A stretch of DNA of 63,331 nt, the filler included, from Octopus bimaculoides (Eukaryota): assembly GCF_001194135.2 (NCBI RefSeq). It is 8 parts of 8 records of this genome, joined end to end, with 100 filler letters (N's around TTAATTAATTAA, not from the genome) between each part and the next. Parts side by side here need not be neighbours in the genome. Positions count along the whole stretch, not along the records: positions 1 to 11,441 come from NC_068990.1; positions 11,542 to 25,755 come from NC_068981.1; 6 more parts are not named here. One strand, written 5' to 3'. The notes under the pieces were generated by a model, which searched no databases, was not told the DNA's origin, and worked only from the letters and a program-made list of their open reading frames with translations. This document shows positions 1 to 13,214 of this stretch, piece after piece. The position numbers and the translations under genes are program-made. Position 1 is the first letter of the stretch. Each line of letters starts with the position of its first letter.

Positions 1-356
1 CTTGTCGTGTCCAGGTGCCTTCCAGTTGCTTAGTCTTTGCAGTGTCTGGGTTACCTCTTCAGTTGTTATAGGGGCCCAGAGTTGCTCAGGTGCTAAGTTC
101 GTTGTTTTAATGGTCCTTTTCTGGGGTTGTTGCTTCACCGACCATATTTGTTTCCAGAATTTCTCTAGTTCTTCTGCTGTTGGTGCTGAAGTAATGTCTA
201 TTTTATTTTTACCCAGTTCTTGGTAGAGTTTTTTGGGGTTGGATTTGAACTGTTTGTTTTGTTCAAAGAAACGTTGGCGTTTCTCATACCGGCGGATCCT
301 TTGTGCTTTGGCAAGGATGTCTTGCTTTAGTTTTTCTTTTGCCTCAGGTAAATCTA
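1..356 (-). mobile_element. R4/Dong-like (RLE-type) non-LTR retrotransposon ORF fragment, 5'-truncated, running off the window
   Basis: Stop-free minus frame DLPEAKEKLKQDILAKAQRIRRYEKRQRFFEQNKQFKSNPKKLYQELG...EELEKFWKQIW...ITTEEVTQTLQRLSNWKAPGHDK resembles the pre-RT region of R4-clade elements. It abuts a (TAT)n tract. Confidence 0.7.
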
Positions 357-483
357 AATTATTATTATTATTATTATTGTTATTATTATTATCATTGTAT
401 TATTATTATTATTATTGTTATTATTATTATCATTTTTATTATTATTATTATTATCATTTTTATTATTATTATTATTATCATTA

Positions 484-535
<52 letters not shown>

Positions 536-543
536 TATTATTA
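357..543. repeat. (TAT)n/(ATA)n trinucleotide microsatellite
   Basis: Seen directly; explains the poly-Y/I/N pseudo-ORFs. Confidence 0.95.
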
Positions 544-1559
544 AGGGCTGTGCGTGGTAAAATGTGAGCGTGAAACGCAAAGCCCCTGCAGTATTTTACC
601 TTTTGGAGTTGATTCAATCGTCTTTTATGTGTCTCCTTTATAAAGAAACCCAAGTGTTTTGTGCTGAGGTGAATAATCTGCTTTAAACTACAAAGATCAA
701 AACGAGGCTCCATTTCAACTCCCCGCCACACTGTAGTTTTTCACGTGTTTTTAAATAGATGTGCATGAGTCTATGTGACGAATCGTGTCGTTTGTTTCAC
801 TACTGAACACTTTCTGAGAACAATGGAGAAGGAAATTCCCAATGCTGGCTGTTTCTCCTTCAAATACATAATGGGCTGGGTTCGTTCTCACGATAACAGA
901 TCACAACAACAAAACAAAGAACTTGTCAACAAAAGCATTTTTTGCTTTCTTTCTTAATGAATCAGCAATCTTTGAGAAATATGTTGTACCTGGTATTTCA
1001 CTGAATACAGCAGAAATCTTATCAGTGATTTGTCGCACGTTTGATCTTGTTTATAATTATTCAGCAGATAAATGTTGGGCCAGGAAAGATTTCGTGCATG
1101 TTTGGTGTACAGGTGTGTGCGTGTGTGTATGCGTGCGTGTGTATGTACATGTGTGTGTGTGTGTGTGTGTGTGTGCGTTTGTGTGCGTGTGCGTGTACCT
1201 GCGTGTGTGTGCTGGGAGAATGTTCGAGAATGTTTCTCTTATGTAAAACTAGAAAACTAATTTGTCATGACGAAATGAGTGTTAATTCTTTTGTATTAAG
1301 AAATGTTATTACGCAACATATATTTCCCGAGATATTTCTGTTAACATTTATGTAATTGCAATTGTGTCTTATATTTGACCTGATGGATGGTTATACAAAG
1401 CAGTGAAATACACGGTTGTCAGATAAAGTTGTTCCTTTCTTTCCAATGTTATTTGAATTAACACGAAATACATATTTTATCGTAATGTGCTTTGGTATTT
1501 TGTAGCCATGTTATTTATCGTTTTTTGAAATTTGAAGAGATTCTACGTCTTTTTCAGTC

Positions 1560-2070
1560 AAATGACAGTGGAGTACTAAGTAGAAAAGAAAACACACACC
1601 TGCTTCTTTTTACTTTCAATCAAGGTTCAAAATCTACTGAGGTTGTTCAAGATATTTGTTCTGTGTACGGAAAAGTCTCCAGGGGCAGGAAATTCGATTT
1701 GATAGACTTTGCGTTCCGACTGACCTGTACAGTTCAATGAGGATCGATTGAACAAGCCCATCCACAAGGCCCCTCACCATTCTATAAGGAAATTAGCCTA
1801 GCAGATGAGATGCTCTCATACTACAGTTGCTTGTTACCTTTACACAATGGATAAGGTCCAAAACTTCGAAACATGTGCATCAAACGCTCTGAAACGATAA
1901 GGATTAAAAATTAATGGAAAGACAATGAATGCAGTTATCTGATAATACAATACATGACTTTGGGTAGTTCACAGATCGTAGAGAAAAAAATAGACGTGAA
2001 ACCATTTAAGATTGACTCTTCGTATGAAAGTTAAATATTTTCATTCATTAACTATTCATGATTTTTTCTT
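1560..2070 (+). mobile_element. Mariner transposase remnant (N-terminal HTH region, deleted and frameshifted)
   Basis: HLLLFTFNQGSKSTEVVQDICSVYG followed by degenerate HTH-like sequence matches the mariner N-terminus. Confidence 0.65.
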
Positions 2071-2124
2071 TCAGATATATCCGATTCCTTTTTTTCACAT
2101 CCTCATCATCAAACCCCTAGACAT

Positions 2125-2372
2125 TATGTCTCTAATCCTAGGACTCATAGGCCCGTCACTTGGTTTCAGTGGCGTATAAGCGACCGAGATCATAACATTC
2201 CTCATGAGTAAGGCACTCGTCCGTCACAGGGTTACTCATTTACAGTTGAATGGAGTGACGTGAAATGAGGTCTTCTGCTGAATAGCGCAACGCACCGCCC
2301 AGTCCAGGAATTGTAATCGCAATCTTGCGATCTTGAGTTCAAAACCCTAACCACTGAGCCACGTCCCTTCGC
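2125..2372 (-). mobile_element. tRNA-head SINE (family 3)
   Basis: Minus strand starts GTGGCTCAGTGGTTAGGG (A-box-like) with a degenerate B box. Related copies lie near 7960-8100 and 52620-52810. Confidence 0.55.
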
Positions 2373-2759
2373 TTCACGCCGCAAAAAGAAATTATTCAAC
2401 CTCCGTAACTTCATTGTAGAACAGCTTGAGACATATTTATATGTTATAAGAGGAATATTAGCGGATATATTATTAATGTTGGTTTCAAATTTTGGCTCAA
2501 GGCCAGCAATTCTGGAGGATGGGGTAAGTCGATCAGATCAACCCCAGCGTTCCGTTGATATCAATACTTATTTTATCGATGAACGGCGGAATTTGAACTC
2601 AGAACGTGTAGGACAAAACACCGCTTAGCATTATACCCGGCGTGGTTATGTGGTTATCATAGTTTTGGTGGTGATTGTTTTTGATTGACAACTGTACGAT
2701 AGATATTTAAGGAACGTTTGCGAAATGTTTCATTGTTTGATAAATGCTTGATATTTGTT

Positions 2760-3385
2760 TGTCTTCAAATCTAGGGTGAAATCCAAGTAGTTTCCTCTTG
2801 TGTGGCAATATTTATAGGCCGAATTCTTTGAAGATGTTTACGAGATCCCTTCCGAACTTACTCGTGGCGTAGTCGTTTATATACGGCTTAAGATGGCCAC
2901 TCCATCGTCCCTGTACAGCGCTGAATGTCAGCAATGTCAACGTTTTTTTTTTTTAGAGCGTCCAGAGAAAATAGCCCGACACGGTCGGTAATCTCTGCCC
3001 CGTCCGCGTTCTCATGAAGACCTCGAACAATGGGTTCCTGGCCTTTTTTTCTGCTCTAACGATACCATCGTGAAATAGGAGTAACTCCCTAGTGCTGAAA
3101 ATGATTCTGTCATAGAAGTCTCTAATACTTATAAATTATCTAACGAGGTCTAGGGTTTTTAGATGGAGGGAATTCCATTCTGAAGGATAGATATCCGCAA
3201 TTTTAAACTGGGTAAAAGACACAAGTTGCTTTTTATCCTCGACGTTGTAGAACCAGTTAATTAAACGGTGCTGCAGTCCCATTCAAAAAGCTCTGTCGCC
3301 TTCTGATGTCAGGGCTGATGGCATCGAGAATACATTTGCTCACAATGACTCTCCTGCTCTTAGTCGAGTTCATTAGCCTGCATTT
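2760..3385 (-). mobile_element. Penelope-like element reverse transcriptase remnant
   Basis: Frameshifted minus-strand translation [82 protein letters not shown] follows the PLE RT motif order, with a YRDD catalytic motif. Confidence 0.75.
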
Positions 3386-3428
3386 ATGCATTCATACACA
3401 AATATATATATATATATATTATATATGA

Positions 3429-3516
<88 letters not shown>

Positions 3517-3809
3517 GTATGTATTAATATATATATATACACCCATATATATACGTTTATATGTCTATATACACATATGTAAGCTTATATAATATATATA
3601 TATATATGTTTATATGTCTATATACACATATATAAGTTTATATGTATATATATATATTAACATGTAGAAACACGTATGCGTATGCCTGCGAAATATGCAC
3701 AAACACGTTTACATGTATGTATATGTATGTATATATGTATATATATTTGTGTGTGTATATAAACACACACATCAATATATATACATGCATATACATACAC
3801 ACATACACA

Positions 3810-3875
<66 letters not shown>

Positions 3876-4186
3876 NNNNNNNNNNATATATATATATATA
3901 TATATATATATACGTATTCGTGTGTGTGCCCGCGTGTGTGGATTTGAGTCACTGAATGACAAATTAGATATAAAAGCATACACAGGCACACACCTGTAAT
4001 GTGTGTGTTTGTGTGTGTGTATGTGTATACATGTATGTACATAGAAGTGTATACATACACGCATACACACATAGACGTACACCATTGTGGTGGAGCTGGT
4101 TATGCAATTTTAGCGAAGTTTTTGCGTCTATGATATTGATGAAAATGAGGCGGTGGTGGAGTCGGTGATAACTGTGAATGTTCTGA

Positions 4187-4261
<75 letters not shown>

Positions 4262-4404
4262 CGTGTTTGTTTGTTGGTGTTTGTGTGTGTGTGTGTATTT
4301 ATACGTCTATCTCTCATTCTCACTCTCTCATTCACAGATGTTCTTTCTCTCTCTGTTTCTCTCTCCATCTTTCTGTCTGTTGCTCTCTCGCTCTTTGTTT
4401 CTTT

Positions 4405-4443
<39 letters not shown>

Positions 4444-5606
4444 TTTCTCTCCATCTATTCACATTAATGGAGGCCTGCGCTGAAAAATACATATTGCGTA
4501 ATCAGGCAACGAAGCTTGCACAACTATATAAAACACAGGGTTAGACACACACACACACATACACACACACACATATATATATCTACGAGTATATAGATAG
4601 ATATTGATATTCATACATATGTATACAGACTCCACTGGTCAGCTTTATTTGCGTTCATTTTGTTTCTTCAGATTTGCTTTGTAATACAGAATCTATTGAC
4701 GGGTCATAAAAATAATGGATCGACTGATTACCAGAGGATCTTAAGGTAAAAATAAAGCAAAACACACCCAGGTTGTTTTATATACAGAAAGTGTTTCCAC
4801 GCAAATAGAAATGTAGGCTGTGTGTGTGGGAGAGAGGAGGGGAGAGAGAGAGAGAATTAGAGGAGAGAGAGAGAATTAGAGGAAAGAGAGAGAGAGAATT
4901 AGAGGAAGAGAGAAAGAGAGAGAAACAGAAGTTTTAATTTGTAAACTTCTTGTTAAAAATAACTGAGTTTGCCCAAACAAAATTCTAAGGACTGAACCGA
5001 ACGGGTTTTGTAACTAAAATACATTTTATTGCATGGACGCCATTTTGCGTCTGGCCATTAATGTACTATCATGTTACCATTTACCAGATTTTAGTTTCTT
5101 TATTAGCAATTACTTGAATGAAAATAATAAACCTCCATAACATGTTAATTTTGTTGTTAGAGAAATAATGACTCGAGATAATGACTCGAGAGCGGACATC
5201 GAAAGGAGACTCTCAAAAATACCGAATTCAAACTCTGAACAGCTGAGAATTTCAATGGTTCTATTATCAAACCAAATGAATGGATATTTTGGAACGTTTT
5301 TTTCTAATGGCTGTGTTGTTATTCGCTCAGCTATACGCGTCTGTGCTTTGTAGATCTGCTGAGGAAGAAGGTCACAGTAAATTTAAGACTTCACATGACT
5401 TGTGCTCCCACTTTAATGAACTGAAGACAAATATTTACGGCTCAATCAGCGAAACCACATCACGCAGACACTCCTAACTTGGCTGACGGACAAGAGTTTA
5501 AAATTGCATCTCAGCGAATAAGCGTTTTCTCACACATAAACACACACACTCTATCTTCCTTTCTCTCTTTTCATCTCTCTTTTCATCTCTCTTTTCATCT
5601 CTCTTT

Positions 5607-5671
<65 letters not shown>

Positions 5672-5684
5672 ACANNNNNNNNNN

Positions 5685-5741
<57 letters not shown>

Positions 5742-6094
5742 ATATTAGTCGATTATATTAATGAATATGAGTTGATGATAGAACCAGAAATAACTTGGAA
5801 TTTTTTTCTGGAAGCTTATGAATATCCACGTAAATATATCACTCATTCTAATTCACCCATTTACAGATAATCTTTCCCTCACTCTTTCTATTTTTCTCTT
5901 TCCGTTTCCCCCCCTCTTTCTCTGTGTGAATACATACATACATACATGCACATACATACATACATACATACATACACACACATACATACACAAATACATA
6001 CATACATACATACATACATACATAATACATACATACATACATACATACATACATACATACATACATTCATACATACACACACACATACATACAT

Positions 6095-6500
6095 GACTGA
6101 TATAATGATTTAATGATTTGGGATGGAGAAGAAAACTGCGTTCAGTTGTAGAAATTAGCTGCCCAGAAGATGTTAACCTAAAACTGAAAACCAGGGAAAA
6201 AGAGAACAACGATGCTGAACTATTGAGAAATCTGCAGTTACTCTATCCAGATTACAAGTTCAGGTTTATACCTGTAATTATTGGGGCCCTGGGATATGTA
6301 ACACATTGCCTAAATACCAATCTTGAGAAATCAGGCTTTCAAAACCAGAAATGAGAAAGCTAATTCAAAGACTACACATCCAATCCATCACTGGAACTGT
6401 AAAAATCTGTAAAACTTTCCGGAAGTTTATTATTTAAATATATATGAGCATATCTAGATATGCAACTATATGCATGAGAAGACATGCATAAAACATACAA
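6095..6500 (+). mobile_element. 3' end of an RLE-type (R4-like) non-LTR retrotransposon: restriction-like endonuclease domain plus 3'UTR
   Basis: DIMIWD..VVEISCPEDVNLKLKTREKENNDAELLRNLQLLYPDYKFRFIPVIIGALGYV matches the RLE (P)D..E.S..K pattern. Flanked on both sides by (CATA)n. Confidence 0.75.
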
Positions 6501-7095
6501 ATCTGCACACATACATACATACATACATACATACATACATACATACATACATACATGCATACGTACACATATATATATACACAAGCATACATATCTATAT
6601 GCTCACATACACACATACACACATATATATCTACGAGTATATAGATAGATATTGATATCCATACATATGTATACAGACTCCACTGGTCNNNNNNNNNNNN
6701 NNNNNNNNNNNNNNNNNNNNNNNNNNNNNNNNNNNNNNNNNNNNNNNNNNNNNNNNNNNNNNNNNNNNNNNNNNNNNNNNNNNNNNNNNNNNNNNNNNNN
6801 NNNNNNNNNNNNNNNNNNNNNNNNNNNNNNNNNNNNNNNNNNNNNNNNNNNNNNNNNNNNNNNNNNNNNNNNNNNNNNNNNNNNNNNNNNNNNNNNNNNN
6901 NNNNNNNNNNNNNNNNNNNNNNNNNNNNNNNNNNNNNNNNNNNNNNNNNNNNNNNNNNNNNNNNNNNNNNNNNNNNNNNNNNNNNNNNNNNNNNNNNNNN
7001 NAAAATATAGAAAAAGTGACAAAAAAAAGGAGAGAGAAAAGCAAGAAGAGAGACAGAAAGTGAGAGAGAGAAAGGAGAGAGAAAGAGAAAGAGAG

Positions 7096-7127
<32 letters not shown>

Positions 7128-8165
7128 AGTAAACAAACATTTATTTTCTGATGCAATTTCAAGCTCTTCTCTGTTAACCAAGTTAGGAGTGTCTGCGCGA
7201 TGTTGTTTCGCTGATTGAGCCATAAATATTGTCGTCAGTTCACAAAGGGCATACACCAGTCTTTCTTTCTTTCTTTTTTTTTGTTATTTTTTCTCTTTCT
7301 ATTTTCGTAACCCGCAGGACTCCTCCCAAGGCCGGTCACTCGATTTTCACGGCCTTCAAGTGACTGAGATCCCAATATTCCCCTTGAACAAGACACCAAT
7401 CCGCCGCAGGATTGAAGGGCAGCTATTTTGCGGTGCTCAACGGACACTTTATTTTATCGACTCGAAACGATGAAAGGCGGAGTTGACCTCGGCTGAATTT
7501 AAACTGAGTACGTAAAAAAAACATGGCAGAAATGGCACTACGCATTTTGTCCGACGTGCTAACGAATCTACTTTCAAAAACCATACATAATGTTGTTCAA
7601 TTAGTCTATTAGCTAATCATTAGTATGAAAATTTAGTTACGCATTTGATTATTAATGCGTGGTTAGACAAATCAATTACTGGAAAGTATACGAGCAGAGG
7701 ACGGGCGGTAGAAACTATGATGTTGGCATGTTAAGTGTTTCTATCACTCGGTAATATCCACAACTGTATTTGCTTACGTTACAAAATAATAAGATGAAGT
7801 GAGTGGCCTGCAAAGTAGGGAGATGAAGAGGAAAACAAGCAATAAAACAATTGTATGTTCTTTTTAATGTTTAACCGATTTGTCTTGAAATAGATGGAAG
7901 GCTACAACCTATCCTGGTACTATTTCAGTCCGAAATTGAGCGTTTAAATGCAAGAAAAATGGCGTAGCACTCATGGTAATAAGATTGTGGTTTCGATTCC
8001 TGGACAGGGCAATGCGGTGTGTTTTTGAGCAAAGCAGTTCATTTCACGCTACTCCAGTCGACTTAGCTGGTCAAAATGAGTCATCCCGCGACAGACCGGC
8101 ATCCCTTCCCGGTGGGGAATATACACGCCACAGAATTCGGCCTAAGGAGGCATACATGCACCCAT

Positions 8166-8198
<33 letters not shown>

Positions 8199-8255
8199 CA
8201 TTCACACACATATATATGCATGCATGAGTAGTATAGACACACACACACATACACA

Positions 8256-8327
<72 letters not shown>

Positions 8328-8399
8328 NNNNNNNNNNTATATATATATATAAGTAATATTTATAAGCATACATACATTCAAATATACATATATATATTT

Positions 8400-8630
8400 C
8401 TTCATTGCCCACAGGAGGCTAAACATATAGGGGACAAAGAAGGACAGACAAAGGGATTAAATTGATTACATCGACCCCAGTGCGTAACTGGTACTTATTT
8501 AATCGACCCCGGAACGATGAAAGGCAAAGTCGACCTCGGCTGAATTTGAAATCAGAACGTAACGGCAGACGAAATACCGCTAAGCATTTCGCCCGGCGTG
8601 CTAACGTTTCTGCCAGCTCGCCGCCCTTAA
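8400..8630 (-). mobile_element. tRNA-head SINE (family 1)
   Basis: Reverse complement of GGCGGCGAGCTGGCAGAA..TGA(G/T)TTCAAATTC..GTCGACTTTGCCTTTCATC. Partial copies near 2470, 7440, 10290, 12500, 49270, 55880 and 57430. Confidence 0.8.
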
Positions 8631-9039
8631 GCACACATACATATACATTTGTCAAAGAAAATATTTCTGTCAGCGTTCACTATTTTGTTTTCGCTCGGTT
8701 TCCTTGTATGTCTCCACTGTCCTTTTTATGTTCCTGACTTTGACCCTCCATAAATCCGAAATTTTATTTTGGTTTCTATGGCAGCAACTGTCTTCGAAGA
8801 CTCATATTGTCATTCAATGCTGGAAATGAGGAGCAGATAGACAGCTGACAACTGGTGAAGGGTCATTCTTTGTGTTACTTGTCCCTTTTTCTCTCTCGTT
8901 ATTTGCGTATTTAACTCATTTGTTTTCGTATCTCATGTTATTTAACGTTGGTGACGTCTTGTACCCATATATGCATACATACATAAATACACACATACAC
9001 ACACAAACACGCACACACACACACACACACACACATATG

Positions 9040-9077
<38 letters not shown>

Positions 9078-9399
9078 NNNNNNNNNNCCCACCAGATTCT
9101 GTTGAAAATTTATGGGATCTCACCCACACGCAATAAATTCTTTGTGCCAATTCCTGGATGCAGGCGTAACCTTTATTCATTTTGGGTTTATTAAAAGAAA
9201 CGTTCCGAAGTAGTTTTTATTAATAAAAAAACATATTCAGTGGTAAAAACAATAAGTACACAATATATACAATAAAAGTATACAATAAATATACCATAAT
9301 GAAAGCGAATTTTGTTTGGCCACAAAATAAACAACGTTTATTATCGTTATATAATAATTGTCAGCTGTTTTCTGCAAGGTTGCTTTCCTCAAATACGTT

Positions 9400-9630
9400 T
9401 TAGTATTTCAGGAAACGATAACAACAAACTACTTTTCAAAACGCATGAGATTCTGCCACATCTTACCATTTTAATATTGGCACATTGGATAACCAGCTTC
9501 TGCCAGAAATCCGATAGCATTCGCAATTGTATAGAGACTGCAATCATAGCTATTCGGCTGCTGATCACAAAGTATAAGATAAACTTGGTGGCACCCATCT
9601 TTGACAATAAATGCATAGCGAATCTTTAAC
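9400..9630 (-). pseudogene. Ulp1/C48-like cysteine protease fragment, probably transposon-derived
   Basis: LILCDQQPNSYDCSLYTIANAIGF resembles the QQxNxxDCG catalytic motif. In-frame stops follow. Confidence 0.4.
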
Positions 9631-11397
9631 GTTTTATTTATTTATTTATTTATTTATTTATTAATTTATTTATTTATCAAAGTTCGTTCATTTTGGGGAT
9701 ATATCTATTCTCTTTTATCACGAGTGGTTGGTATGAAAAAATACCGCGTTAAATGAAACAGGTTTATGCAGCTGATCTCAAAGTGCCGCTCCCATAAAAT
9801 CGTTATACTACATCAAGACATTCGGCAAAATTTTCTTCAATCTTTATCATTGGTTTGTTTATTATCCGATTTCTCTCACTCCAAAAGATCTTATAGTTGA
9901 GGACCACAAGTGCTAGTCACTCGTCCAGAAGCGCCCATATAAAACTTCTGGTATCTGTCCAACAAATTCCCGGCCCTGACATCCATTCGCATATCAAAAT
10001 ATTATAACTTTGTGTTTGTAATCTTAAAAATAAACTCGATGATATTGGTGACATATTCCTGTTTCGGCCGCTGGTTCATGAAATATATTCAATAACAGCA
10101 ATTATGCACTCGAAGACATCATTTTTTAAATACGACCTGTTAATTCAAAAATAAAATTTCTTGGGCCCTATAACTCATGAAACAAGTTACCCGGTTTCTC
10201 ATGGCGTATAAGTAATCGGGACCGCAACATTGCCCCTGGACGGGATGCCTGTCCGTTGCAGACTTTAAAGCCTGCAAGTTTTTTTTCAAGGGAGGTGATG
10301 AATCGACTTCATCAACCCCAGGATTTGCCTAGTGCTTTATTTTATCGACCCCGAAGGGATGAAAAGCAAAGTTGACTTCGGTGTTATTTGAAATAAGAAC
10401 GTAAAGAGCCGGAAAAAAGGCTCTAAAGCATTTTGTCCGACGTTTCCCTACACCAGTCTGTTACTTGCTAGTACTTGGGACCGGGTACAGAGGACATCTG
10501 TGGTACCTTAATCAATGTTTTATGAGAGAAAGCTACTGAGCGCAAGGTATTAATAAATGCAATCACGTCAGCTTCGATAAATCACCAAATAACTGATTTA
10601 CTGATTAATGCAACTGCAGCTGTCATTCCATAATGTCGACGTTTTCTCTGGAATCCTTGGCTGTCACCAGAACCTTCATGGCCTTCTTAGAACAAGCATT
10701 TCTCTTAAACTTGTACTTTCAGTCACTCAGTATTTCTTTGAATTATTTCTTTATTTCCAATTTTTTTTTAATTAACACGGAAATAATTTTATTTCATGGT
10801 TCTTTTTTTTTCTTCGTAGATGTATTCTTTCTCTACAACTTTTAATTATCGTTTTAGAAATTTGAATAAATTTTACCTTTTATTAGACATATGAAGATAG
10901 AGCGCCAAGCAGAAAAAAAAAAGAAAAGAAACGAACGAATTTATATGACAAGCCAATGGCATATCTTGTTATTTACAATGCAGAAAGTTTACTTACAAGT
11001 ATGGCGAACATAAACTTGTCCCCCTCCGCTCCACTCTTTATCCATTACGCCATCAACATACGCATATCTTTCTAAGACGTTAAAAGTGTTTTCGAATGAA
11101 TAATAGCTGCTGCCTTGTGCATCCATATTCGTTGGTGATCCTCAGACTGCATCAGTCAACATCTGATTTATAGATAACAGAGAGGAATATATACATCAGG
11201 ATTGCATTTTTATTTTAAACACGAAAAAAACACAAATGTATATATGTATGTGTGTATGCATGTATGTAATGCTTATGTATGTATGTTTGTGTTTATGTCA
11301 TGTATAAAGACTATTTAACGTAAAACTGAAGGATTATTCAATACTTTTTGGTAGAGTCCGTATTTATTAACTCTTCCCCGTAAACGTTAATCATATG

Positions 11398-11441
<44 letters not shown>

Positions 11442-11541
11442 NNNNNNNNNNNNNNNNNNNNNNNNNNNNNNNNNNNNNNNNNNNNTTAATTAATTAANNN
11501 NNNNNNNNNNNNNNNNNNNNNNNNNNNNNNNNNNNNNNNNN
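11442..11541. other. Artificial scaffold join N44-TTAATTAATTAA-N44
   Basis: Exact 100-nt spacer containing stops in all six frames; occurs seven times. Confidence 0.95.
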
Positions 11542-11572
<31 letters not shown>

Positions 11573-13214
11573 AAAGGGATCACTTTAACTTGGTATCTCT
11601 ACCTATAAAACGGGTGTGATATCCTGGTTTTTTGTGTGATTTTTGCTACCCATGGTAACTATTAACATATCTACATTGTCAAGGTTTTTTTTAAACCGAG
11701 AAATATTAATATATACATAAACTTATATATATATATATATATATATATGCAAATATCAGAAAAATACTCTATAACGTCGTTCATGAATTTTTTCTCTATA
11801 GCTAACGAAAACCTTGAACCTCACCACCCCGCTTCTTCCCCAACTAATACATGTTTATACGCTTTCTTTATAATTCTTTATGTCTTTAGATATGTTTGTA
11901 TGTAAACTTTTCATGTTGTTTATATTAGTAAATCGTTGCGTTCACTTTCATCTTATTTTAAAATTGTATATACTGTAAAATGTCAAAAGGTTTTGTCGTT
12001 CATTTGCAATCTTATCATTGGCGTGTCAAAGATTTTTTTTTTATTGAGAAATATTTTATGATATATGATACCATCAACAGATTTACTTTATAGTACACAA
12101 TACCATCAATATATAAAACAAGTGACTAAGTGCAATATCTGTATCTTTTCAATGTCAATCATGGTACATCCACGGAAAAGACGTATTATTACATTCCTGA
12201 TGTGATAAATTATGTTATTTGCTATATTTCTTATCCGTCCTTGACATAGGTGTAATTTAGGTAAATGTTCTGGAGATAAGTAACAGTAACATAGTCTACT
12301 TGATGGTAATGATTTCCTCATGAAATGAGCCTTCCGATAGAAACTAATATATCGCTGACATCCAAATACTATTCGTCGGAAGTGTCTTACTCATTTAAGC
12401 AAACGGTATGTCTCTGATTTGGTTTATTTTAAAGATACTAGTGTGGGGAGTGATCAGCAGGGAAATAATGTATAATAAAGATTTCATTTGTTATTTCACA
12501 GCTTGAGGCAGTGGATTGGCAGAATCGTTTGAGCTTCGGACAAAATTACTTTCAGTTAGTGCTCTTTTCGCCTTGAGTTCAAATCATGCTGAGATTAACT
12601 TTTCTCTCCGGAGTCGACGACAGTAGTTATCTGGAAGTGTAGTAAACTTTTTAATTTCAGTCTCACTTCAGCTCTCAGTTCTTGATGGAGCCGTTGAGGC
12701 AACGTCCTGACATATAGCATGGCATGACCATCTTAAACATGGTGAGTGCATCACTTTGTAAGTCTGACAATAGCAGATATTTTCCAGGGGGCAGGGCGAT
12801 GAGAAGAAGAAGAAGAAGAAGAAGAAGAAGTCAAAGCTAACTATTATGGGATTTGATCTTAAAGCGGCAGAAAATTGAAACGAATATCGCAATACACTCT
12901 AACGAACATTTTAATGGCTGCCTTAAGATATATTTGATATATTTGACAGATCATCTGATCCTCCTTCGTTTCCTAAGCATTCTTTACTCCTGTGGAATCT
13001 TTGAAATACATTCCATGTTTTAGGAAACCTCCAACATAAAATTTATATATATTTATTAATCTTGCTGTCTTTTTCTGGCTTAAAATTAAATTTCTCAAGG
13101 CATTAAACAAATCATGAAACTTTCGACTGTTCGGTTGTGCTAAATCCATTAGACGTCGCAAAGAGGTTTTAAGAAATTCCGCCTTAATCATGATCTTCGT
13201 AGAGAACACCAGCA

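Noticed and set aside
5415-5470. CTGAAGA...GAAAC (and CTGACGA...GAAAC on - at about 7200-7240) as hammerheads
   Set aside because: No stem II closing pair, no helix III UH and no stem I complementarity.
5168-5477. Two short ORFs as a gene
   Set aside because: Only weak RTE-like words (NDSRADIERRLS) and overlap with a repeat; not supportable.
233-8426. Numerous long ORFs (poly-Y/I/N, CVCV, HTHT, YIYI)
   Set aside because: Translations of microsatellites; the same applies throughout the window.
8780-8900. CTGGTGAAGGG in a PLE-like repeat (related copy at about 38030-38400, -)
   Set aside because: No GAAA or helix III downstream in either copy; left as an unclassified repeat.
9760-10160. GIY-YIG endonuclease remnant on the minus strand
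   Set aside because: Only a faint GCQGREFVGQ resemblance; too degenerate to call without a profile search.
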